Assembly (NCBI GenBank): GCA_903912925.1
Contig: CAIWJG010000374.1
Coordinates: 1 to 58,661, forward strand
Length of the DNA stretch: 58,661 nt
From: an uncultured Verrucomicrobia subdivision 3 bacterium
GTDB lineage: Bacteria > Verrucomicrobiota > Verrucomicrobiia > Limisphaerales > UBA8199
Direction of reading: 5' to 3'
Shown: positions 17,634 through 24,586 of the stretch, in pieces
How positions within the stretch are numbered: position 1 is the stretch's first letter
Layout: each line of letters opens with the position of its first letter
Program-made: the position numbers and the translations under genes
The notes under the pieces: generated by a model
The model's input: the letters and a program-made list of their open reading frames with translations, nothing else
What the model was told of the DNA's origin: nothing
Database searches by the model: none

Positions 17634-19922
17634 TCACTTCGCAGCATCGGTCTTGGCGGCGAGCACAGCGTTCAGGTTCTTGCGGGCCTCGGCATAGTCA
17701 GGCTTCAGTTTCAGAGCCTCCTGAAACTCGCGGATCGCCTCCCTGGGGCGGCCTTGCTGGTACCAGGCGCTGCCCAGGTAATTGTGCGCCTCGGGGTAGT
17801 CGGGTTTCGCTTTTAGGGCCGCCTCAAACTGGCGGATGGCCTCGGTCCTTTGGCCTTTCAGGCCGAAGGCGAGGCCGAGGTTGAAGTGCGCCTCGGCGTA
17901 ACCCGGTTTCAGCCGGGTGGCTTCCTGTAAATGGCGGAGCGCCTCTTCCATTTGACCTTTTCTGACAAAGGCGATGCCAAGGTCGTTATGAGCCTCGGCA
18001 TAATCGGGTTTGAGCTCGATGGCTTCCTGGAATTCGCGGATCGCTTCATCCATTTGGCCTTTCCGGCTGAGGACGATGCCGAGGTTGTAGCGAGCCTCGA
18101 TGTAAGCCGGGTTCAGGCGGACGGCTTCCTGGAATTGGCGCAGCGCACCCTCCATTTGGCCTGCTTTGTCGAGGGCGATGCCGAGATTGTAGTGGGCGTT
18201 GGCATGATCCGGCTTGAGCCGGAGGGCTTCCCGGAATTCGCGGATCGCCTCATCGGTTTGGCCTCGCTTGGCGAGGGCGACCCCGAGGTTGCTGTGAGCG
18301 TCGGCGTAACCTGGTCTCAGGCGGATGGCTGCCTGGAATTGCTGAATCGCTTCGTCGGTTTGGCCCTTCTTGTCGAGCGCGTCGCCGAGGACTTTGTACG
18401 CGATTTGATTGTTCCCCGTGACCTCGATCGCATGCCGGAACAGGGTTTCCCCGTCCTTCCAATGCCCGAGCTGCTGCCGTGTCAGCGCCAGGCACGCGAA
18501 GACCGCCACCCCGCCGGCCACCGATAGGAGGATGGGCGTGGAGCATGAAGCGTGGAGCGTGGAGCGTGCAAGCGCGTGTCCTACGCTCCCACGCTCCTCA
18601 CGCTCCTCACGCTCCACGCCCCCTGCGGCCTTCCCCTGCATCAGTTCATACACGCCCCAGACGACGAGGATCAGCACCCCGAGCGACGGAAGATAAGTAT
18701 ATCGATCCGCCATCGCCTGGCCGCCGGCTTGCACCAGCCCAATCACCGGTACCAGCGTCCCAACAAACCACAGCCACCCCATCAGCAAATAGGGATGCCG
18801 CCACCGCCGCACCCAAACCAGCACCGAAAGGCCCAGGATCAACCCGCCCGCCAGCAGCACCTTAACCAGCGGCCATTGGTCAGGGCGCGGATAGTAAACC
18901 GCCAGATCCATGGGCCAGAACAGTTTCCCCAGATAGCAGCCGTACGAAATCAGCGCGTTGGCGACGCGCGCGCCGACGGACAGCCTTTCAGCCCCCATCA
19001 CAGCGCCTGCCTGCTTCTGCACCAGGAAGGTCACGACGCTCACCGCCGCGGCAAGGGCAAAGAAGGGGAGTTTTTCGAGGAGCAGGGAAACGTGAGGCGT
19101 GAAACGTGAAACGTGAAACGTGAAACGTGAAACGTGTTGCGTGTCGGTGGCCTCTTCATTCTGCATTCTCCGTAGCGGCCAGTAATCCAGCAGCAACATC
19201 ACGCACGGCCACGTCACCAGCATCGGTTTGCTCAGCAAGCCGAGGGCGAAGAAGCACAAGGATAGGAGATAGAAGTTGCCGGTGTGAAACGTGAAACGTG
19301 TTGCGTGTTGTGTGTCGGTGGCCTCTTCATTCTGCATTCTGCATTCTGAATTCTGCATTCTCCGTTGCGCGTAGCAGGCGTAAGCGATTAAGGAAAGCAG
19401 GCCAAAGCAGCCACTGAGCACATCCTTGCGTTCCGACACCCAGGCCACCGACTCGACGCGCAGCGGGTGAACTGCGAACAACGCCGCCACCCACAGGCTC
19501 CGCCACGTCGCTCCCGTCAACAGTTGCAGCAACGCCAGGACCAGCCCGGCATTGAGCGCGTGCAGCACCACGTTGGTCAAATGATGCCCCCAGGGCTGCA
19601 AACCGAACAGTTGGCAGTCGGCCATGTGGGACCACACCGTTACGGGGTGCCAATTGGCGGCCACCGGGTTCAAACAAGCCCATTTTATGCTCTCCCAGGT
19701 CAGCCCGTTTTGGACGTGAACATTCGAGGTAACGTAGGAATCATCATCATAGTTGACGAAGTTACCTCGCGTCGCCGGCCAGAACGTGGCAATCGTCACG
19801 AGCACCAGCAATGCGGCCAGCAGCCACACCGGGGGAGGGGAGATTTGCGATTTGCGATTCGCGACTGCACCCTGGTGCGTGTTGCATGCCGTCTTCTGCA
19901 TTCTGCATTCTGCATTCTTCAT
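17634..19922 (-). CDS. P4: TMTC-like GT-C membrane domain + ~8 TPR protein
   Basis: 762 aa with 'FVNYDDDSYV' and 'VHPLRVESVAWVSERKDVLSGCFGLLSLIAY'. The start lies 5 nt after the P5 stop. Confidence 0.75.
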   Translation of the reverse strand: MKNAECRMQKTACNTHQGAVANRKSQISPPPVWLLAALLVLVTIATFWPATRGNFVNYDDDSYVTSNVHVQNGLTWESIKWACLNPVAANWHPVTVWSHMADCQLFGLQPWGHHLTNVVLHALNAGLVLALLQLLTGATWRSLWVAALFAVHPLRVESVAWVSERKDVLSGCFGLLSLIAYACYAQRRMQNSECRMQNEEATDTQHATRFTFHTGNFYLLSLCFFALGLLSKPMLVTWPCVMLLLDYWPLRRMQNEEATDTQHVSRFTFHVSRFTPHVSLLLEKLPFFALAAAVSVVTFLVQKQAGAVMGAERLSVGARVANALISYGCYLGKLFWPMDLAVYYPRPDQWPLVKVLLAGGLILGLSVLVWVRRWRHPYLLMGWLWFVGTLVPVIGLVQAGGQAMADRYTYLPSLGVLILVVWGVYELMQGKAAGGVEREEREERGSVGHALARSTLHASCSTPILLSVAGGVAVFACLALTRQQLGHWKDGETLFRHAIEVTGNNQIAYKVLGDALDKKGQTDEAIQQFQAAIRLRPGYADAHSNLGVALAKRGQTDEAIREFREALRLKPDHANAHYNLGIALDKAGQMEGALRQFQEAVRLNPAYIEARYNLGIVLSRKGQMDEAIREFQEAIELKPDYAEAHNDLGIAFVRKGQMEEALRHLQEATRLKPGYAEAHFNLGLAFGLKGQRTEAIRQFEAALKAKPDYPEAHNYLGSAWYQQGRPREAIREFQEALKLKPDYAEARKNLNAVLAAKTDAAK
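18534..18621 (-). repeat. In-frame palindromic insert in P4 (same element as in P1)
   Basis: GGGCGTGGAGCATGAAGCGTGGAGCGTGGAGCGTGCAAGCGCGTGTCCTACGCTCCCACGCTCCTCACGCTCCTCACGCTCCACGCCC. It has the same flanks as the P1 copy. Confidence 0.85.
19085..19170 (-). repeat. Heptamer cassette, P4 second loop site
   Basis: GGGAAAC GTGAGGC then GTGAAAC x5 (19099-19133), then GTGTTGC GTGTCGG ... TTCATTCTGCATTCTCC. It encodes 'RRMQNEEATDTQHVSRFTFHVSRFTPHVS'. Confidence 0.9.
19284..19372 (-). repeat. Heptamer cassette, P4 first loop site
   Basis: GTGAAAC x2, GTGTTGC, GTGTTGT, GTGTCGG ... TTCATTC TGCATTC TGCATTC TGAATTC TGCATTC. It encodes 'RRMQNSECRMQNEEATDTQHATRFTFH'. Confidence 0.9.
19842..19922 (-). repeat. 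Heptamer-built 5' end of P4
   Basis: GATTTGC GATTTGC GATTCGC (19842-19862) and a (TTCTGCA)n tract running into the start codon (19893-19927). It encodes 'MKNAECRMQKT...ANRKSQI'. Confidence 0.9.
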
Positions 19923-19927
19923 TCTGA

Positions 19928-22609
19928 CTAGCGGTTAGTGGCGGCTCCGGGCGGCGGTAAAGCAGCGGCCTGAGTGGCGAGCGCGGCTTCCAGGTTGGTG
20001 CGGGCATTGGCGTAGTCAGGATTGAGTCTCAGGGCTTCCCGGAACTCGCGGATCGCTTCGCTGGTGCGGCCGTTCTGGCCGAGGGCAATTCCGAGGTTGT
20101 TGTGGGGGTTGGCCTGATCCGGTTTCAGGCGGAGCGCGTGCTGGAATTGGCCGATCGCCTCGTCAATTTGGCCTTTGCTCATGAAGGCGGCCCCGAGGTT
20201 ATTGTAGGCACTGGCGTAATCCGGTTTGAGGCGGAGGGCTTCCTGGTAATGGCGGATCGCTTCGTCAATCTGGCCCTTCCTGAAGAGGGCGATGCCGAGG
20301 TTGTAGTGGGCCTCAGCGTCAGCCGGCTTGAGACGGACAGTTTCCTGGAATTCGCCTATCACCGTGTCGATTTGGCCTTTCTTGAGGAGGGCGTGCCCGA
20401 GGTTGTTGTGGGCGTCAGCGTAATCCACTTTCAGGTGGATGGCCTGTTGGTATTGGACAATCGCCTCGTCAATTTGGCCTTTCTGCTCGAGGGCGGCGCC
20501 AAGATTGTTGTGCATGTTGGCATCCATCGGCTTCAGGCGGCCGGCTTCCCGGAATTGACTGATCGCCTCATCAACTTGGCCCTTCTTGATGAGGGCCGCG
20601 CCGAGGTTGTCGCGGACGCCGGCATGATGCGGTCTCAGGCGAAGGGCCTGCTGGTAGTGGCTGATCGCCTCATCAACCTGGCCTTGTTTGAAAAGGGCGA
20701 CGCCGAGGTGGTTGTGGGCCTCGGCGTGATCCGGCTTCAGGCGGAGCGCTTCCCGAAACTCCGGGCTCGCCTCACTGGTGCGGCCGTCCTGGCCCAGGGC
20801 AATTCCGAGGTTGTTGTGGGCATCGGCATTATCCGGTTTAAGGCGGAGGGCTTCCCGTAGTTGGCTGATCGCTGCGCCGACCTGGCCTTTCATGGCGAGT
20901 GCCTCACCGAGGTGGTTGTGGGCATCGGCGTCATCCGGTTTCAGGCGGAGAGTTTCCTTCAATTGGTGAATCGCCTCGTCGCTTTGACCTTGCTTTGCGA
21001 AGACGGCGCCGAGGTTGTAGTGGTTCGCCGCATCGTCAGGTTGCAACACCACGGCCTTTTGCAAATGCTCGACGGCCTCGTCAACCTGCCCGCGATCGAG
21101 AAGCAAGCTGCCGAGCCTCGAGTGATATTCCGCATGATAGATAGCGCTCGCCAAGAGGTTAAAGGCCAGCGAGATAGCCAGGAGCAGGCCCCAGGCACAT
21201 CGGGCCACCCACCGCCAAGCCAACCGGCTGACCAGAGTGCGCTCCAAGCCGAGGATGCCAACGACGGCCAGCAGTACCAACGCGGGACAGAAGTCCACCT
21301 CATAGCGAAGACTCCCGTTCAAGAAGAGGCCAAGCACCAAGGCGCGAGCCGCGAAGAGCAAAGCGACGGCCACCAGAAACCCGCGCAGAATGCGGCGCCC
21401 GTCTGCCGAGCGATCTCGCCAGGCCAGTGGCGCCGCTAGCGCTAGCCAAACTAAAGGATTGCTGGTCAGGACGCCAAAGGGATGCTCACAGTTCCCATAG
21501 CCGTCCGGCAGGGGTGGCAACTTGATGTCCTGAACGAAAGGAAAATGAGCACTCCAGCGGGCCGGCGCCAGGAAGTAAACCCAGAAGTTGGCTCCCAGGA
21601 AGTGATAACTCCAGGCGTGAGCAAACCGGACCGAGGCTAACAGATAGGGTTGCCCGAATTCCAACGGATTCTCAAATCGCAGGGTGTTGTAGAGCATGAG
21701 TCCCAGCCCGATGCACGTGATCGGACCAGTCGCCGCCAGCAAGGAAACCCAAACCCGGTGAAACGTGAAACGTGAAACGTGAAACGTGAAGCCAGACCCG
21801 ACGCAGCGCGGCGAGCCCTCCCGCCAGGCCAGCGCCACCGGCAGCAACAGAATCACGGCCCCAAATAGCACGTTCGGTCGCGCCCCAATCGCCAACCCGT
21901 ATGCCAGACTGGCCGCGGCCAACCATCGCCCCCGTTGATTGGGGCGGTGGCACGCCCCCCAAAGCGCCAGCAAGGCCAGCATCGTCAACGCATAGCAGCA
22001 AGTGATCGCCACCTCGTAAACCTCAGCCCTTGGCAGAATGATCGGCGTGAACCCCGCCAGCCCCAGCGCCAGCGTGCCCGCCGCCACCACCGCGAGGCCG
22101 ATTCCCGGGAAGTAGCGGCACCGCATCAACCAGAGCAAGCCGACGCTGGCTAAAAAACCTACAGCGCAAAAGACCACCACGGCAGCTTTATGCCCGAGGT
22201 AATGGCCCGTCAGGGCCGCATAGGGCCAAAACAGCACCAGGGCAGGCGTAATCCCATAATAGAGATATAGTTTGCCGTGATAGTAACTCAGATCCCATAA
22301 CGGATGCCCGTCAATCAGCAGGTAGTCGGCGTTGGCTATCGGATCATAGGGATCGGCCAACCGAGCAAGTCCGGGAGGCACCTCTGTTTTCAAATCGAGC
22401 TGGCCAGCGCGAAACCCCCGCACCAATAGGTTGTAGTAGGCGTCCTCGGCACGCATGGTACGCATTCCCAGGAATCCCGGTCTGGCGCTCCAAGCGAAAA
22501 AGCCGATCACCACCGCGCAAATTGCACCTATAGTCACCCACGGTGCCCAGCGCATGCTGCGACCGGATGCTCCCACTTGGTTTTGACTGTTTGGCACGTC
22601 ACTGTTCAT
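19928..22609 (-). CDS. P5: different polytopic membrane domain (GT-C/ArnT-like candidate, family unassigned) + ~12 TPR protein
   Basis: 893 aa. The N-terminal ~480 aa ('EDAYYNLLVRGFRAGQLDL...ADPYDPIANADYLLIDGHPLWDLSYYHGKLYLYYGITPAL') lack the YDD / HPLRVES blocks of the other eight paralogs. The TPR domain is collinear and nearly identical to that of P2. It ends 'PPGAATNR'. Confidence 0.7.
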   Translation of the reverse strand: MNSDVPNSQNQVGASGRSMRWAPWVTIGAICAVVIGFFAWSARPGFLGMRTMRAEDAYYNLLVRGFRAGQLDLKTEVPPGLARLADPYDPIANADYLLIDGHPLWDLSYYHGKLYLYYGITPALVLFWPYAALTGHYLGHKAAVVVFCAVGFLASVGLLWLMRCRYFPGIGLAVVAAGTLALGLAGFTPIILPRAEVYEVAITCCYALTMLALLALWGACHRPNQRGRWLAAASLAYGLAIGARPNVLFGAVILLLPVALAWREGSPRCVGSGFTFHVSRFTFHRVWVSLLAATGPITCIGLGLMLYNTLRFENPLEFGQPYLLASVRFAHAWSYHFLGANFWVYFLAPARWSAHFPFVQDIKLPPLPDGYGNCEHPFGVLTSNPLVWLALAAPLAWRDRSADGRRILRGFLVAVALLFAARALVLGLFLNGSLRYEVDFCPALVLLAVVGILGLERTLVSRLAWRWVARCAWGLLLAISLAFNLLASAIYHAEYHSRLGSLLLDRGQVDEAVEHLQKAVVLQPDDAANHYNLGAVFAKQGQSDEAIHQLKETLRLKPDDADAHNHLGEALAMKGQVGAAISQLREALRLKPDNADAHNNLGIALGQDGRTSEASPEFREALRLKPDHAEAHNHLGVALFKQGQVDEAISHYQQALRLRPHHAGVRDNLGAALIKKGQVDEAISQFREAGRLKPMDANMHNNLGAALEQKGQIDEAIVQYQQAIHLKVDYADAHNNLGHALLKKGQIDTVIGEFQETVRLKPADAEAHYNLGIALFRKGQIDEAIRHYQEALRLKPDYASAYNNLGAAFMSKGQIDEAIGQFQHALRLKPDQANPHNNLGIALGQNGRTSEAIREFREALRLNPDYANARTNLEAALATQAAALPPPGAATNR
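21743..21792 (-). repeat. Heptamer tract inside the unrelated membrane domain of P5
   Basis: GGAAACC CAAACCC G then GTGAAAC x4 (21758-21785) and GTGAAGC. It encodes 'SGFTFHVSRFTFHRVWV'. Confidence 0.9.
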
Positions 22610-22655
22610 GCTTTAGATCTTGGTCGCGGCTTGGCTCATAGAACTCCCAACCAAC

Positions 22656-24581
22656 TCACCGGTTGGTGGCCGAGGCGGGCGGCAGCGCAGAACGGACCTT
22701 GGCAGCAATTACAAGGTCCAGGTTCTTCCGGGTTTCGGCATTGTCCGGCTGGAGCCGGAGGGCTTCCTGGAACTGGCGGATCGCCTCCTCGGTTTGGCCG
22801 CTCCTGGCGAGGGCGACGCCGAGGTTATTGTACGCCATGGTGTAATTCGGTTTCAGGCGAGTCGCTTGCTGGAATTGCCGGATCGCCTCGGCGACGCGGC
22901 CTTGCTGGTAGAAGGCGATGCCGAGGTGGTAGTACGCGATGGCAATATCCGGTCTCAAACGGACGGCTTCCTGGAATTGGATGGTCGCCTCGTCTAGCCG
23001 GCCTTTTTCGAAGAGAGCGATGCCCAGGTTCTTGTGGGCGACATAATTGTCCGCCGTGACTTCCAGGGCGTGGCGGAGAAGGGCTTCACTGTTAATCCAA
23101 TAACCAATTTGGTACCGCGTCAACGGCAGGCAGAGGACGATTACCGCACCACCCGCCACGCATGAAATCCGAAGCCCGAAACCTGAAATAAGGCCTGCGG
23201 GACCGCCCTTCGGATTTCCTTCGGCCTTCGGATTTCGGATTTCGGCCTTCCCCTGCATCAGTTCACACGCGCCCCAGACCGCGAGGATGAGCACCCCCAG
23301 AGACGGAAGGTAAGTATAGCGGTCTGCCATTGGGTGGGCGCCGGTCTGGACCAATTGGCTCACCGGCACTAGCGTCCCGCAATACCACAGCCAGCCCATG
23401 AGCAACCAGGGATGCCGCCGCCGCTGCACCCATCCCAACACCGATATTCCCAAAATCAACCCAGCCGCCAGCAGCACCTTACCAAGTGGCCAGTGCCCGG
23501 GATGCACATAGCAAACCGACAGACCCGTGGGCCAGACCAACTTCCCGAGGTAGCGGCCATAGGAAACAATCGCGTTCCCGCTGCGAACACCCAAAGACAG
23601 TCTCTCACCGACCGCCAAAACGCCGGCGCTCTTCTGCACCAGGAAGGTCACCACCCCCATCACCGCCGCGAGGAAAAAGAACGGCAGCTTTTCGAGGAGG
23701 AGGGAAGGGTGAAACGTGAAACGTGAAACGTGAAACGTGTTGCGTGGCGCGTGTTGCGTGTCGGTGGCCTCTTCATTCTTCATTCTGCATTCTGCATTCT
23801 GCATTCTCCCCAGCGGCCAGTAATCCAGCAGCAACATCACAAACGGCCACGTCACCAACATCGGCTTGCTCATCAAGCCCAGAGCGAAGAAGCACAAGGA
23901 TAGGAGATAGAAGATGCCGGTGTGAAACGTGAAACGTGAAACGTGAAACGTGTTGCGTGTTGCGTGTCGCGTGTCGGTGGCCTCTTCATTCTGCATTCTG
24001 CATTCTGCATTCTGCATTCTCCGTTGCGCGTAGCGCACATAAGCAATCAGCGCGAGCAGTCCGAAGAACCCGCTAAGCACGTCCTTGCGTTCCGCCACAA
24101 AGGCTACCGATTCCACCCGCAGCGGGTGCCACCCGAACAGCGCCGCCACCAACAGGCTCCGCCAAACCGCTCCCGTTAGACCACGCAGCAACAGAAAAAC
24201 TAGCGCGGTGTTAACTGCGTGAAGCAACACGCTGGTCAAGTGATGCCCCCAGGGCTTCAAACCAAACAGTTGGCAGTCCAACATGTGGGACCATACCGTT
24301 AGCGGATGCCAAAGGCAGTTTACAGGGTTCAGCAAGCCCCATTTGATGTTTTCCAAGGTCAGCCCCTTTTGGACCTGCACATTCGCGGTAACGTGGAGAT
24401 TGTCGTCGAGGTTGACGAATTCACAGTGCGTCGCCGGCCAGAACGTGGCAATCGTCACGAGCACCAGCAATGCGGCCAGCAGCCACACCGGGGGAGGGGG
24501 GATTTGCGATTTGCGATTCGCGACTGCACCCTGGTGCGTGTTGCATGCCGTCTTCTGCATTCTGCATTCTTCATTCTTCAT
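22656..24581 (-). CDS. P6: TMTC-like GT-C membrane domain + ~4 TPR protein
   Basis: 641 aa with 'FVNLDDNLHV' and 'WHPLRVESVAFVAERKDVLSGFFGLLALIAY'. It ends 'PPASATNR'. Its N-terminal 50 aa are almost identical to P4 and P7. Confidence 0.75.
   Translation of the reverse strand: MKNEECRMQKTACNTHQGAVANRKSQIPPPPVWLLAALLVLVTIATFWPATHCEFVNLDDNLHVTANVQVQKGLTLENIKWGLLNPVNCLWHPLTVWSHMLDCQLFGLKPWGHHLTSVLLHAVNTALVFLLLRGLTGAVWRSLLVAALFGWHPLRVESVAFVAERKDVLSGFFGLLALIAYVRYAQRRMQNAECRMQNEEATDTRHATRNTFHVSRFTFHTGIFYLLSLCFFALGLMSKPMLVTWPFVMLLLDYWPLGRMQNAECRMKNEEATDTQHAPRNTFHVSRFTFHPSLLLEKLPFFFLAAVMGVVTFLVQKSAGVLAVGERLSLGVRSGNAIVSYGRYLGKLVWPTGLSVCYVHPGHWPLGKVLLAAGLILGISVLGWVQRRRHPWLLMGWLWYCGTLVPVSQLVQTGAHPMADRYTYLPSLGVLILAVWGACELMQGKAEIRNPKAEGNPKGGPAGLISGFGLRISCVAGGAVIVLCLPLTRYQIGYWINSEALLRHALEVTADNYVAHKNLGIALFEKGRLDEATIQFQEAVRLRPDIAIAYYHLGIAFYQQGRVAEAIRQFQQATRLKPNYTMAYNNLGVALARSGQTEEAIRQFQEALRLQPDNAETRKNLDLVIAAKVRSALPPASATNR
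23164..23258 (-). repeat. In-frame inverted repeat of GAAATCC/GGATTTC heptamers in P6, at the same site as the P1/P4/P7/P8 palindromic insert
   Basis: GAAATCCGAAGCCCGAAACCTGAAATAAGGCCTGCGGGACCGCCCTTCGGATTTCCTTCGGCCTTCGGATTTCGGATTTCGGCC. It shares the 'LMQGKA' flank and encodes 'EIRNPKAEGNPKGGPAGLISGFGLRIS'. Confidence 0.85.
23709..23810 (-). repeat. Heptamer cassette, P6 second loop site
   Basis: GTGAAAC x4, GTGTTGC GTGGCGC GTGTTGC GTGTCGG ... TTCATTC x2, TGCATTC x3. Confidence 0.9.
23922..24022 (-). repeat. Heptamer cassette, P6 first loop site
   Basis: GTGAAAC x4 (23922-23949), GTGTTGC x2, GTGTCGC, GTGTCGG, spacer, then (TTCTGCA)~5 (23986-24021). Confidence 0.9.
24501..24581 (-). repeat. 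Heptamer-built 5' end of P6
   Basis: GATTTGC GATTTGC GATTCGC, then CTTCTGCATTCTGCATTCTTCATTCTTCATTCTGA running into the start codon. It encodes 'MKNEECRMQKT...ANRKSQI'. Confidence 0.9.
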
Positions 24582-24586
24582 TCTGA

